Below, one piece after another: positions 45,604 through 55,836 of a stretch of DNA of 64,000 nt; position 1 is the stretch's first letter; every line of letters starts with the position of its first letter. The stretch lies in the IMG/VR virus record IMGVR_UViG_3300046003_007336, positions 134,513 to 198,512 of that record, one strand, 5' to 3'. The translations under genes and the position numbers were made by a program. The stretch is from a virus. The notes under the pieces were generated by a model. It searched no databases. It saw nothing but the letters and a program-made list of their open reading frames with translations, and was not told the origin of the DNA.

Positions 45604-47190
45604 ATGAATAAGAAGTGCTGCAAAAAGAAGATCACCGATCACGCCATTTACGTCGGCATCGTGAAAAGCAATACTGACCCACAGTGCATGGGACGAATTT
45701 CCGTCTGGATTCCAGAACTTGGCGGAGACCCAGCTAATGCCTCGAACTGGTATACGGTCTCGTATGCATCCCCGTTTGCTGGGGCGACCTCACCCGATAA
45801 TCTTCGGCGCGATGCGGAAGACATGGATGGCTCGCAGTCCAGCTACGGGATGTGGATGCAGTCCCCCGATCTTGAAAACCAAGTCCTGGTTTGCTTTGCC
45901 AACGGTGACGTCGGCAAGGGTTTCTGGTTTGCTTGCTTGTGGCAGGCCAACATGAACCACATGGTTCCCGGCATCGCGTCCTCCGTGACACCGGATGGCA
46001 GCACGGCACCTTCGGTCGAATACAACAAGCGAAGCGACGTCAACGTCAACTCCCCCAAACGTCCTGGCTTCATGCCGCTTCACAACGCTCTCCAGACGCA
46101 GGGGCTGGGCGAAGATTTTGAGCGCGGATGGACAACGGCATCGGCTCGTCGGGAATCACCGTCCAAGGTCTACGGCATTCTGTCTCCGCGTGGCAACCAA
46201 CTCTACATCGACGACAATCCCGAGAACGAGTTCATGCGTATGCGGACTCGCAACGGGGCGCAAATTCTTGTCCACAACACGTCCGGCTACGTCTACATCA
46301 ACTCCAAAGACGGTGCCTCCTGGGTTGAAATCTCAGACACGGGCGTGGACATCTATTCCCAGAACAGTGTCAGCATCCGAGCCGAGAACGATCTCAACTT
46401 CCGAGCCGACCAGGACATCATTCTAGACGCGGGCGGAAACATTCGCGGCACAGCGGGCGGCGCGGTATCGTTCAAGAGCGGAGCCAACACTGAAATTGCG
46501 GCCGGGGGCTCATTCATTTCCAGCGCAGGCGGAGACCTCACCCACAAGGCGGGCGGAAACATCGCGCAGAGCGCGGGCGGGACGGCAGCCAGAACGGCTG
46601 CGTCGATCAAGGATAACTCTGGCGGCCCGGCTGCCCCTGCGGCTTCGGCTCCTGGCGGCGTGAACCGCATGCCCGCCCATGAACCGTGGCCCTATCACCC
46701 TGGCGCGACCTCCATGGGGGCACAGATCGGAAGTGGAGACGGCATCAACCACGATGCTGATCGCGTCAACGCATCAGGAGACAATGCCGCCGACGAACCC
46801 ACGACGGGCTCTGGGCGTCTTGGTGGAGGAGCCGACAAACTGGCTGGTGTCCACCCCGATCTCGTGCGCGTTGTTCGACGTGCCGCCACGATCACGACGT
46901 GTGATTTCCGAGTTCTGGAAGGATTGAGGACGCGGGCCCGGCAGGTTCAGCTTGTGCGCTCCGGCGCATCCAAGACAATGAACAGCCGCCACCTAACCGG
47001 ACACGCTGTGGACCTTGGTGCTCTGGTCGGCGGCAAAATTAGCTGGGCGTGGCCTCACTACAACAAAATCGCACGGGCGATGAAGGAAGCTGCCCGACTC
47101 GAACGCGTTGAGATCGAGTGGGGCGGAGACTGGCGATCATTCAAGGATGGCCCGCACTTCCAACTTTCGTGGGCTAGGTATCCGCGATAG
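45604..47190 (+). CDS. baseplate spike (T4 gp5-like) with C-terminal M15 peptidase
   Basis: MGRISVWIPEL OB-fold, P.LENQVLV.F..GD; SRHLTGHAVD...WGGDW..FKDGPHFQL. Confidence 0.9.
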   Translation: MNKKCCKKKITDHAIYVGIVKSNTDPQCMGRISVWIPELGGDPANASNWYTVSYASPFAGATSPDNLRRDAEDMDGSQSSYGMWMQSPDLENQVLVCFANGDVGKGFWFACLWQANMNHMVPGIASSVTPDGSTAPSVEYNKRSDVNVNSPKRPGFMPLHNALQTQGLGEDFERGWTTASARRESPSKVYGILSPRGNQLYIDDNPENEFMRMRTRNGAQILVHNTSGYVYINSKDGASWVEISDTGVDIYSQNSVSIRAENDLNFRADQDIILDAGGNIRGTAGGAVSFKSGANTEIAAGGSFISSAGGDLTHKAGGNIAQSAGGTAARTAASIKDNSGGPAAPAASAPGGVNRMPAHEPWPYHPGATSMGAQIGSGDGINHDADRVNASGDNAADEPTTGSGRLGGGADKLAGVHPDLVRVVRRAATITTCDFRVLEGLRTRARQVQLVRSGASKTMNSRHLTGHAVDLGALVGGKISWAWPHYNKIARAMKEAARLERVEIEWGGDWRSFKDGPHFQLSWARYPR

Positions 47191-48616
47191 AGCGGCATAG
47201 CTCGTAGAACGACGCCATCTCTGGGAAAGTCGCCAGGAAATCTGTTCCTCGGCGCCGGTCATGCTCTGAGAAAAAGAGGAAGAAATCTGCTCGCTCCCTC
47301 TTGGCCCGTTGCCCTGACGGTGCAGAGGCAAACTCGCCTTTGATGACGTTGTAGAGCCGTTCGAACTTGTCGATCTCCCAGAGATGGAAGCCGTTGTATC
47401 CCACGTCCGGGTTCTCGGGCTGAATACGGTGATCGCGCATCCATTCCAGGGTTGCGGCAACGTGTTCAAGATAATCGTCCGTCAGGATGTAGGCGGCCTG
47501 ATGCTTGGGGTCTCGCAGGTAGGGGAAGTCCATCAACAGAGGGGCGTGAGAGGGGTCTGTGGCCCTTCCGAGGTGTTTTACTCTCAACGCCAGCATGTCC
47601 GCCAAGAAAGGCGTGTAGGACGTCACGGAGAGGGCGTTGAAGGTGCTCATGATGACGAACGAGACGTCCGGGCAATCTTGCAGGAAGGAATCGATGCCAG
47701 CCAGCCACTTCGCGTAGTCGAGGCCGTTTCGGATGTATTCGGCCTTAGCTCCATGAGCCTCCGCGCTTGTGTAGATGACTAGCTTCTTGACCGAGCCCGC
47801 ATCGGTGATCTTCTGGCAACGGTCTAGGAACTTGGCCATCAGGGGAGCCGGGACGCACATGTTGGTGTTGATGGATAGTTCGAGGTCTGGGCGAGGGTTG
47901 GCGATAATCCAGTCCAAGACCTTGAAGGTGTTGGGGTTCATCAAGGGCTCGCCGCCCGTTATGCGGAAGTGTTGGAGGGCTGGGTAGAGTTCGGGCCACC
48001 ACTTCCAGAAAGCTTCCACGTAGGGATTTGCTTCCCGGTTCGGGATGGGCATCATGCCCTTGGCCTTCATATCTTCGAGGTTGTTGAACTTTCTCGACGT
48101 CGGGTACGGGCCATATTTCTCGATTTCAGCCATCCACATCGACGACACCACCGGCATGCAGTAGGAGCATTTGAAATTGCACGCATGGCCGAAACTGACT
48201 TCAACGTAGGACGGCTGAACGTTGGCATCCCACTCGGTCTTGCCTAGTCGGTCGATGTCTGGAAAGGCCCACGCTTCTGCTGATTTGTAGACACGGTCTG
48301 AAGGATTGTTGGACCCGTTGTCCTCGACCCTCCAACAGTAATCGCATTCCTCGGGGCGTTTGCCATTCAGCATGAGGCGACGCTGCTCTTTTTTGAAGGC
48401 CGAGTTGTGAAGTGCGTTTGGGTTGGCCAGCACTTCTTCGACGCTGACCTTGTGGACGGCCGGGTGGTGGCAAGAATGGGTGGTGCCGTTCTGGAGGTGG
48501 ATGGTGACCTGATTCCATTTCGCGGCGCACATGGTCGGCGACACCGCGTCGAGGGCGTCAAGGGTCTTTTGAAGACGGGGTTCTTCGCTCGACCTGAGCT
48601 TCAGGCGATGAATCAT
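47174..48616 (-). CDS. radical SAM protein with N-terminal auxiliary Cys cluster
   Basis: CNFKCSYC, ITGGEPL, SINTN; CAAKW...HSCHH, CDYCW. Confidence 0.9.
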   Translation of the reverse strand: MIHRLKLRSSEEPRLQKTLDALDAVSPTMCAAKWNQVTIHLQNGTTHSCHHPAVHKVSVEEVLANPNALHNSAFKKEQRRLMLNGKRPEECDYCWRVEDNGSNNPSDRVYKSAEAWAFPDIDRLGKTEWDANVQPSYVEVSFGHACNFKCSYCMPVVSSMWMAEIEKYGPYPTSRKFNNLEDMKAKGMMPIPNREANPYVEAFWKWWPELYPALQHFRITGGEPLMNPNTFKVLDWIIANPRPDLELSINTNMCVPAPLMAKFLDRCQKITDAGSVKKLVIYTSAEAHGAKAEYIRNGLDYAKWLAGIDSFLQDCPDVSFVIMSTFNALSVTSYTPFLADMLALRVKHLGRATDPSHAPLLMDFPYLRDPKHQAAYILTDDYLEHVAATLEWMRDHRIQPENPDVGYNGFHLWEIDKFERLYNVIKGEFASAPSGQRAKRERADFFLFFSEHDRRRGTDFLATFPEMASFYELCRSIADT

Positions 48617-49476
48617 TCGTTCCTCAGGCGGAAAGTTTCGCGGAAGAATACCGAAGCCTGTTCGTCCAGAACAGGGATGACGAAGCCGGTCTTGCGTTCG
48701 ATTTCGTATCCGTGCTTTTCCATTGCTTCGACGACATCAGTATGCTGCACGGACTTCCAGAGGCCGTCGAACCAGTCATAGTCGCGAACCTGGACGTGAT
48801 CGAAACTGGGGTCAAGCATCATCGCCCAACCCATGCGGGCCCCCAGCATCGCCCATACCCCATGAGTGACGTCGGCGCCGACGCAGGACCAGACCCGGAT
48901 GTTGCGGATGTTGGTCGCGTGGAGAGCCTTCATCTCGTTGGCGGGAACCCGCATGCCCCGGTCGAGCGTGAGCTTCACGCCTTCGCGGAAGCCGACTCGG
49001 AAAGCCTGATAGGGCGAACCGTTGTTCCACACTTCAGAGAAGCATTTGTTGATGCCCTTGTATTCGTCCTGCCAGCAGAAATCGACCGCATGGGTGGGGT
49101 TGCTGGACGTCTCGTGACCGACGCCACCCGCGAGGACGAATGCCTTGCTCCAGAGCTTCAGACCGCCGTTTCCGTACATGAGACCGTTCATCATGTTGAT
49201 GCCGTTCCACGAGAAACAATCGTTTGGACGCGCCGGGTCTAGTTCGATGGTCTCGTTGAAGAACTCCGGCATGACGATGTTGTCGGCGTCTACAGAGATG
49301 AACCAGTCGGTCTCGGACTGTTCGGCGCAGGCGCGGTGAGCGGCATCGAAGCCCTTCACACCGTGGACCCGCTTGGCCCACGGTGCTTTCTCCAACAGGT
49401 CGGCGTAGTGTTTTTCGGCGTTGGGCTCATCGTATGAGATGAAAAAAATGTCGAACTCAGTCAGGGAATGCTGCAC
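48613..49476 (-). CDS. glycosyltransferase-like protein (GT-A fold)
   Basis: FFISYDEP, VHGVKG.DAAH, SVDADN DxD motif. Confidence 0.7.
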   Translation of the reverse strand: MQHSLTEFDIFFISYDEPNAEKHYADLLEKAPWAKRVHGVKGFDAAHRACAEQSETDWFISVDADNIVMPEFFNETIELDPARPNDCFSWNGINMMNGLMYGNGGLKLWSKAFVLAGGVGHETSSNPTHAVDFCWQDEYKGINKCFSEVWNNGSPYQAFRVGFREGVKLTLDRGMRVPANEMKALHATNIRNIRVWSCVGADVTHGVWAMLGARMGWAMMLDPSFDHVQVRDYDWFDGLWKSVQHTDVVEAMEKHGYEIERKTGFVIPVLDEQASVFFRETFRLRNE

Positions 49477-49482
49477 AGGGCC

Positions 49483-51060
49483 TCAGAAATACTTTACCAG
49501 ATACCCAGCAAAGTACGGCATACGGACATGTATTTCAAATTCATCGGTAATCTCTACCGGTGTCTTGTGAATACTACCGTCAACGAGTTCCACGATATCT
49601 TTGATCGGACCCGTCGCCGGAGCGTAGAAGGTATCGTCGCCTTTCTTGATGTAGAATAGTTCTGCATATTTGCTTGCGGTTGGGCTCTCTCCCAGGAACG
49701 AGGCATGCTTGGGGCCCCCACCACCGCTCACCCTGATCTTGATCGTCGTGGGGTCGATGAGATCGAAAATGATCGCCGCTGGTCTGTCGAGCGGGCTGTC
49801 CAGGGTCACGAGCGGGCGAGGAATCGAAGGGTCGATGGCCAGCCCACCCGCCTCTTCATAGTAGTCTATGAAGGTGCAGAGTTCGGCCTTTGTCTTTACC
49901 CGGATAGTGGTCAGGTCTTCGATCTCACCGAAGTCCATGGGCGCGTTGCACAGCGGGACAGAAATCCCATCGACGGATATTTCATCGGTACGAAAATGAG
50001 AAGGATGCACCGTGTTGGTTTTTCTGAGAACGCCCTTATCAAGTCTATAAACGATGAGACCGGGCGGCACCGGGTCTGACGAGTTGAGGTGGCGGGCGGT
50101 GACCCATTTGGTGTCCGGGGTTTCACTGATGAACGAGTACACGCGCTCGTACATGAGTTGGACATAGACGGAGAACTCGTCGGGCAAGACCGAGGTGAGG
50201 TTGATGCGCACGCCATCCCTGAGTTCGACCATTACGGTCGTGATGACGGCGTCGATGTCTCCGGGCTTGGTGATGACCACCATGGTTTTGTCATGGGGAC
50301 GATCATACGGGATGCTGCCATCTCCGTACATGTGGACGGTCAAAGTTCGACCCTCGTCAGCGACGCCGATGATCACACAAGATTTCAGGGTATCGAAATC
50401 TTCTGCGGTAATGCGTGGCGCCTCGACAAACTCTTCGAAACGGCTGCCGAGCGGCAATCTCGTTACTGTCTCTTCGTAGCCCGATGGGTCGAATGTGTTC
50501 AGAGTGGTTCGGTACTCGAAGCCGATGTGCTCGAAGGAACCTACAGCGATGATATCGAAATGCTCACCCCGGATACTGATCGGCGTCGGAACCACCATGG
50601 TTTTTTTCGCGGCCAAATCCTTCAAATCGACCTTCATGGTGAATGCGATAGCGTCTGTGGTCTTGTCGATAAAGAGGAACTCCGCCGTCACGACTTCCTG
50701 ACAGACGAGGTCGAGGCCCTTGGTCTTGTTGATCAGGCGGACGTCAACCAGGGAGCCCTCTTTGGGCATCGTGAGGAGAATCAAAGAAGTCTGCGGCGCG
50801 GTTCCGAGAGCACCAACCGGAATGAGGTCGGTGGATAGGCGGCGAACAAGGAATGGGCGCGTTGGAACCAGAACGTGACTGAGACGATCTGGAGAGAGGG
50901 AGACGCCCCACGCGTCCGGGGAATCTTCTCCGGTCATGAACCGGAGAGCGATCTCGTCCTCGACGGACAGAACCGCATAGGCGGCGTGGTCTGGAGATGG
51001 CCGGAGACTAACGCCATGGATGGTCCCCATGCGCTCGTCGTAGTAGACGAATCCGGTCAT
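49483..51060 (-). CDS. hypothetical protein in the GT cluster
   Basis: 525 aa; ATGA-coupled. Confidence 0.7.
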   Translation of the reverse strand: MTGFVYYDERMGTIHGVSLRPSPDHAAYAVLSVEDEIALRFMTGEDSPDAWGVSLSPDRLSHVLVPTRPFLVRRLSTDLIPVGALGTAPQTSLILLTMPKEGSLVDVRLINKTKGLDLVCQEVVTAEFLFIDKTTDAIAFTMKVDLKDLAAKKTMVVPTPISIRGEHFDIIAVGSFEHIGFEYRTTLNTFDPSGYEETVTRLPLGSRFEEFVEAPRITAEDFDTLKSCVIIGVADEGRTLTVHMYGDGSIPYDRPHDKTMVVITKPGDIDAVITTVMVELRDGVRINLTSVLPDEFSVYVQLMYERVYSFISETPDTKWVTARHLNSSDPVPPGLIVYRLDKGVLRKTNTVHPSHFRTDEISVDGISVPLCNAPMDFGEIEDLTTIRVKTKAELCTFIDYYEEAGGLAIDPSIPRPLVTLDSPLDRPAAIIFDLIDPTTIKIRVSGGGGPKHASFLGESPTASKYAELFYIKKGDDTFYAPATGPIKDIVELVDGSIHKTPVEITDEFEIHVRMPYFAGYLVKYF

Positions 51061-51923
51061 TTCAATGCCTCCTCGTAGGTGGCCAGCACGGCGTCGGAAA
51101 TGAACTCCTTGACGTGATAATGGAAGGGAAGATGCTGCGAGAACCTCCCGACCTTGACGGACAAATTGGGGGTGACGGTTCCAGAGATATACTTGGTCCA
51201 GTCCTCCTCCAGGTTGGCGATCTGCCAGTCTTGAAGGCGAGATTTCATGTGCACGAAAGTCGGGAGACCGCGACCCGGATAGGTCATCTCGCGCTCCTTG
51301 CCGATCAGCTTCATGGCAAGAGCGAACACGACGTCTGTGCTGACCTCTTTGGGTCGGGTTTCATCCAAATATTCGAAGAAAAACTTTTCCCAGTTGTGAT
51401 AGATGATCTCAGCCATGGCGAATAGCTCCTGCGCTGCTTCGTTGGCCTTGAAGAACATCATTGCCGTATAGACGTTGGGGAGATCGTTCGAGGTGAAAGT
51501 CCGGCGATAGTAGTCGGAGGTGATGACATCTCCTCGATAGCTATGGACTTCGGTGCATGCCCAAACATCCTGGGTCGCCAGAATGTCCCACCAATGATCT
51601 ACACTCGCGGGGAAGATCATGTCGGCATCGAGCTTGATCGTCTCCTCATAGGGGGTGACGTGCATGGCCTTCCATTCGTTTTCGAGTTTCCAGTCCGAGT
51701 TGCTCGCCTCGTCCAACCACGGAACGTCGATGACCTCGTCGAACACCTCGCGATAGCGATCTGGGACTTCCTGCCCCGGCGTGATGACAACGCTCAGATG
51801 GGGGACGTCGGTCTGTGTGGCTTTCAGGCTTAGGGCCAGACCATAAGCGAGACGGAGGTAGTCGGTGGAGCCATTCTGTGCGAATACCAAGAACCCCCGC
51901 TTGCGTTTGAATGTCCTGCTCAT
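51057..51923 (-). CDS. glycosyltransferase (GT8-like)
   Basis: TPYEETIKLDADM DxD motif, NVYTAMMFF. Confidence 0.75.
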   Translation of the reverse strand: MSRTFKRKRGFLVFAQNGSTDYLRLAYGLALSLKATQTDVPHLSVVITPGQEVPDRYREVFDEVIDVPWLDEASNSDWKLENEWKAMHVTPYEETIKLDADMIFPASVDHWWDILATQDVWACTEVHSYRGDVITSDYYRRTFTSNDLPNVYTAMMFFKANEAAQELFAMAEIIYHNWEKFFFEYLDETRPKEVSTDVVFALAMKLIGKEREMTYPGRGLPTFVHMKSRLQDWQIANLEEDWTKYISGTVTPNLSVKVGRFSQHLPFHYHVKEFISDAVLATYEEALK

Positions 51924-52810
51924 TCGTCACCGTAAAGGCTGACGATCTGATCGATGTGGCGACCAATAGAAAACTTGTTCATGATGTGAACATTGATGCC
52001 CTTCACGTTTGCGACGGTGAACTTGTATCGGTGTGTCTCGTCATTGATGAGAAAAATGAACTCGTTGCGACGCGGGACTGAGATGAGTTCGTCACAGTCG
52101 AACGATGTCAGAATTTCCCGAGCAGGAAGCTCGGCCACCAGACCCTCCGTCCAGCCATTCATGATATGCATCGCGATTGAGAACGCATAGTCGTTGCGAA
52201 ACAAGCGACCAGGGAAGCGATAGAGGTGCTGATAGTAGGCGTAGTTCTCACGCACGTGATCAACCATGTCGAAGATAATTTTCACCTCCGGGGTCTTGCG
52301 GAAATACACGCAGGTGGCCCAAGCCATTTTGAGACCGAAAGGCTCCAAGCGGGCCTCGTCTGCTTGAAGGGGTTTCTGGTTGATTTTGCGCGCCGATGTG
52401 TTGATGCGGAAAGCCTCCGGGCTGTCCCAGACCTGATCGAGTGTCTTGTCCATGACGAGATAGTCGGCGTCTATGAGGATGGTCTCATCATAGGGGCTCA
52501 GGTGATAGGCCATCGCCCTCGTGGCGTTCTTCCACGGAACTTCGCGAGCAGTCGAGAGAGTGTCGTGGACCTTGCGGGTATTGTTTCCATCAGATTCGTA
52601 GGGACGAATGATGATGTCATCGAAGGCTCTATTCACCAGAGCTTCCCCGCGCGACTTCACGAGCCAGCCGTGATCACCATCGCTGGTGACGAGGCAGACC
52701 TTGATGTCGGGACCCAGATTGGACTTGATCATCAGAGCATTGCAGAGCGCGATGGCGACGTAGTCGATCTGTTCGTTGTTGTTAGCGAAAATGAGAAAAC
52801 CGCGCGACAT
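51920..52810 (-). CDS. glycosyltransferase (GT8-like), paralog of previous gene
   Basis: SPYDETILIDADY, FRNDYAFSIA. Confidence 0.75.
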   Translation of the reverse strand: MSRGFLIFANNNEQIDYVAIALCNALMIKSNLGPDIKVCLVTSDGDHGWLVKSRGEALVNRAFDDIIIRPYESDGNNTRKVHDTLSTAREVPWKNATRAMAYHLSPYDETILIDADYLVMDKTLDQVWDSPEAFRINTSARKINQKPLQADEARLEPFGLKMAWATCVYFRKTPEVKIIFDMVDHVRENYAYYQHLYRFPGRLFRNDYAFSIAMHIMNGWTEGLVAELPAREILTSFDCDELISVPRRNEFIFLINDETHRYKFTVANVKGINVHIMNKFSIGRHIDQIVSLYGDE

Positions 52811-53160
52811 CAGACCCCCGTTGCGGCTTTCACCGTGCGCGCTTTGCGGAGAGCTTCCATGTCCATGTAATATTCACCGAGAGCGTCTGTGTAGATTTCC
52901 TTGAGGTTGGCGAGGAATATTTCGCAATCTGGAATCATGATCGGGACGTTTTTCTCGGCCAGAATAATCTGGTCCCAGTTCTTACCATCTTGGATGAGCA
53001 TATCCACGAAGGCGATTAGTTCCCGACTGGCTTTGAAAATGCCCCCGTGGCTGGCAAGCATCAGGGCATTGTCAAACCGCTGTTCGAGAATTTTCTTCTG
53101 CTGAAAAACAGTCGTGGCGTAGTTGGCGTGCTCTAGTGCTTTGGATAGACGGTCGTCCAT
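52810..53160 (-). CDS. hypothetical protein
   Basis: MDDRLSKALE..NY; GAGG RBS; TGATG coupling at 52810. Confidence 0.75.
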   Translation of the reverse strand: MDDRLSKALEHANYATTVFQQKKILEQRFDNALMLASHGGIFKASRELIAFVDMLIQDGKNWDQIILAEKNVPIMIPDCEIFLANLKEIYTDALGEYYMDMEALRKARTVKAATGV

Positions 53161-53216
53161 GAAATCCTCTCGAATACGAGGTGAAATCATAGCAGAACCG
53201 ACTATTGAAGTCGATT

Positions 53217-54149
53217 TTAGAAGCCAGATACGGTGGTGTACGAGGGAGTCGCCATACCAGACAGCGCGAGGTTGGGGCGATAGTGATCGAACGCGATGTT
53301 GGTGCCTGAGGAGACATTGTCCTCGAACCCGGTGTGCTCATCGTTCATGGTAATGACGAAGCGGATGCCATTGCCGTTTCCGCCGTTGGTGCCGACACGG
53401 TTCAGAACCTGGGCGGTGATCGTCAGGTCGTTGGATGCATAGGCACCTGAGCCGATGTTGACGCCGTTGAAAATCGTCACCGGAGAGGTGGTCATGTTGT
53501 AGAAACCGTGGGTCGTGGCGACTGCGCCGGTCGAGGACCCGGTGATCGATACAGAGCTAGCGTTGATCGTCAGTGTTCCGAGCGCGCTGGTCAGAATCGT
53601 GCGCCAATTAACGTCCTGCGAGCCACCCCCAGTCGGGTGTCCACCACGAATACGAATCTGACCGCCTGCATTGAAATAGTAGCGGGCGGCGTTCTCGGAG
53701 CCGAAACCGACGTCAATGGTGGTGGCGATAGACGCGTTCCAGGTTGTGGCACGCGTGACAGTATGGGCGCCAGAAGTCAGCGTCATGCTTCCTGCGGCTG
53801 CCGTCAGACGATTGGTCGAAATGGCGGCCACGAAACTGTTCAGGTCTTTGGCGTTGCTCGACGGGGCATCGGCCTCGTGGGCAAACACGGTCTGTCCAGC
53901 CGTAAACTGACCAGTCGTGGGAAGTGTGGCGATTGCCGTGCCTTGGTGAACCGCACAGACTTCGACCATGGCGCGCAGGTTCGTCCATTCGTCAGCATCA
54001 ATCGCTTGGCCAGCAACGACATCATTTTGCGTGATGGCGGTCTGCCCGTATCCGAAGTTGCCCGTGCCGGTGCCATAAACGGACCTGACAGTAGCCAGCA
54101 TCGCGTTAATGTCCGCAGCAAGAATGGTATTGCCCTTGATGTAAGCCAT
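53217..54149 (-). CDS. virion structural protein (tail/baseplate fibre-like)
   Basis: Gly/Thr-rich; GYGQ, ARYYFNAGG.I motifs. Confidence 0.7.
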   Translation of the reverse strand: MAYIKGNTILAADINAMLATVRSVYGTGTGNFGYGQTAITQNDVVAGQAIDADEWTNLRAMVEVCAVHQGTAIATLPTTGQFTAGQTVFAHEADAPSSNAKDLNSFVAAISTNRLTAAAGSMTLTSGAHTVTRATTWNASIATTIDVGFGSENAARYYFNAGGQIRIRGGHPTGGGSQDVNWRTILTSALGTLTINASSVSITGSSTGAVATTHGFYNMTTSPVTIFNGVNIGSGAYASNDLTITAQVLNRVGTNGGNGNGIRFVITMNDEHTGFEDNVSSGTNIAFDHYRPNLALSGMATPSYTTVSGF

Positions 54150-54152
54150 TCG

Positions 54153-55019
54153 TTATTTCACCCCGTAGACGACGAGGACCGTTCCATTTTCGTAGGTCTC
54201 TTTGGCTTCCAGAGCGCGGGCGATGACCGGCTGACCGGACCAACGCGGCAGGGAAGTCAGGTGACCAGCCGTGGTGCTCAGGTAGAGGGGAGCGAACTTC
54301 TTGACGGGACCAACAACCTTGACCGGAACGCGGCCCAGGTATGCGACGAAGGGGTGGGTGACGTCATCACCGGCACCCTCGTTCATCCGCAGAGCGGGGT
54401 CGGTTGAGATGATTCCGATGACGTGGTCGTCACCGACAGCCTTGCAGATTTCGGCGTGGCCGCCGAGAGTGACGACATCACCGGGGACGAGGTCTTCGGA
54501 AGCCGCGAAACGTTCGGCGACGTCGGCGTATTGCGCGGAGGTGGCGACACCTTTGAAGGTATTGGCGGTCAGGTCACCCGAGCTATCCCGAACAGCAACG
54601 GTGGAGACCGTGGCGGTGAGGGAGGAGTCGTATCCATCCAGGAGATCAGCATTGAGGCCAACGACCTTGGCGGTTGAAGATATGATCAGCGGCGGCAGGG
54701 TCGTGGTGGTGGCGATAAGCTGGTTGGCCGAAAACGTCGATGTCCCACCGGATACGGTGATGATCTTGAACCACGTCGAACCGTTGTAGAGTTTCAGAGA
54801 GTCGTCAGTCTTGTCATACCAGAGTTGGCCCTCAAGCGGGTGAGCGGGCTGCGCTGAGTGAGCAAAGTTCTCCAGCATGTGGACGAAATTTTCAGCGATC
54901 AACTGACCGTACTCGGTCTGACGACGGCCAATCAGGGCAACCGACGAAAGCGTCGAGTTGGGCGCGTTCTCGTCAATCTGTCCTAGCGTAGTTCCGTCGC
55001 TTTTAGTGATAGTATACAT
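54153..55019 (-). CDS. tail/baseplate protein with C-terminal YADVAERF domain
   Basis: YGQLIAENFVHMLENFA, P.EGQLWYD, ATSAQYADVAERF; TAAATA at 55054-55059. Confidence 0.75.
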   Translation of the reverse strand: MYTITKSDGTTLGQIDENAPNSTLSSVALIGRRQTEYGQLIAENFVHMLENFAHSAQPAHPLEGQLWYDKTDDSLKLYNGSTWFKIITVSGGTSTFSANQLIATTTTLPPLIISSTAKVVGLNADLLDGYDSSLTATVSTVAVRDSSGDLTANTFKGVATSAQYADVAERFAASEDLVPGDVVTLGGHAEICKAVGDDHVIGIISTDPALRMNEGAGDDVTHPFVAYLGRVPVKVVGPVKKFAPLYLSTTAGHLTSLPRWSGQPVIARALEAKETYENGTVLVVYGVK

Positions 55020-55084
55020 CGAATCTCCAGTCAGTATGCCGCCATGCTGACCTTATTTATGCTGCCAGTATAGGCAGTGTTTTA

Positions 55085-55687
55085 TCAGACCATGTAGATG
55101 CGAAGAGTATATTCGATCTCGATAATTCTGTTCTGTGATTTCAAAATAGGGTGGAAAATCACGTGGGTGAGGAGCTTACCGTTCCCGTTGCTAGAAAAGC
55201 CCTTCAGGCCAATCTCATCGAAGACGTATTGCTGTTCCATGTCAGAGGCGTCGTCGATTTCAGTCTGGGAGATGACGGGCTCGTTGTGGCCCAGCGTGCA
55301 GGTGACCACGATGTCCGCGTAGGTGGCATTGGAACCACCGTGCTGAACCGTGATGTTGTTGGTATCCCGCTGGTCGGCGTCCATCTGCGGGCTCATGTCA
55401 TCCACGACCTTGCTGTAGGTCTGGTTGTAGAGTTGCGAATCTGACGTCTGGGTGTTGGGCGGGAAATAGTTGATCGCGCCGATGCCGGACACCGTTGAGG
55501 CACCGTTTCCAAAGCACATTTCATGGATGTGACCACTGGCTCGGTTGGCCAGAACCAGGGCGAGGGACTCGCTCATGTTGACGAAGTTGATCGAGTTCAT
55601 CTTGTCGAGCAAGAGTTCACCAGTTTCAGCATCCGTGATCTTCACGTGGCCGACCATCTTGGCATCTGCATTATCAATCAACGGCAT
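55085..55687 (-). CDS. baseplate structural protein
   Basis: GHVKI.D..TGE.L.DK.N.I, FDEIGL, THVIFHPI.K. Confidence 0.7.
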   Translation of the reverse strand: MPLIDNADAKMVGHVKITDAETGELLLDKMNSINFVNMSESLALVLANRASGHIHEMCFGNGASTVSGIGAINYFPPNTQTSDSQLYNQTYSKVVDDMSPQMDADQRDTNNITVQHGGSNATYADIVVTCTLGHNEPVISQTEIDDASDMEQQYVFDEIGLKGFSSNGNGKLLTHVIFHPILKSQNRIIEIEYTLRIYMV

Positions 55688-55836
55688 CAGTGAGTATCCT
55701 TACGAAAATCTTTGCGGTGAACCAGATCACCTTTTTGTCTCAACAGAACTTGTTCTGTTGTTTTGTCCCGGATGATGAGATGCTCGACTATTGTCGGCTG
55801 CATTCCATCATCCGGTATCTTTGAAGTATTATCCAT
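55687..55836 (-). CDS. 49-aa ORF missed by the track
   Basis: ATG 5 nt after TATAAATA; TGATG-coupled to next gene; MDNTSKIPDDGMQPTIVEHLIIRDKTTEQVLLRQKG... Confidence 0.65.
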   Translation of the reverse strand: MDNTSKIPDDGMQPTIVEHLIIRDKTTEQVLLRQKGDLVHRKDFRKDTH

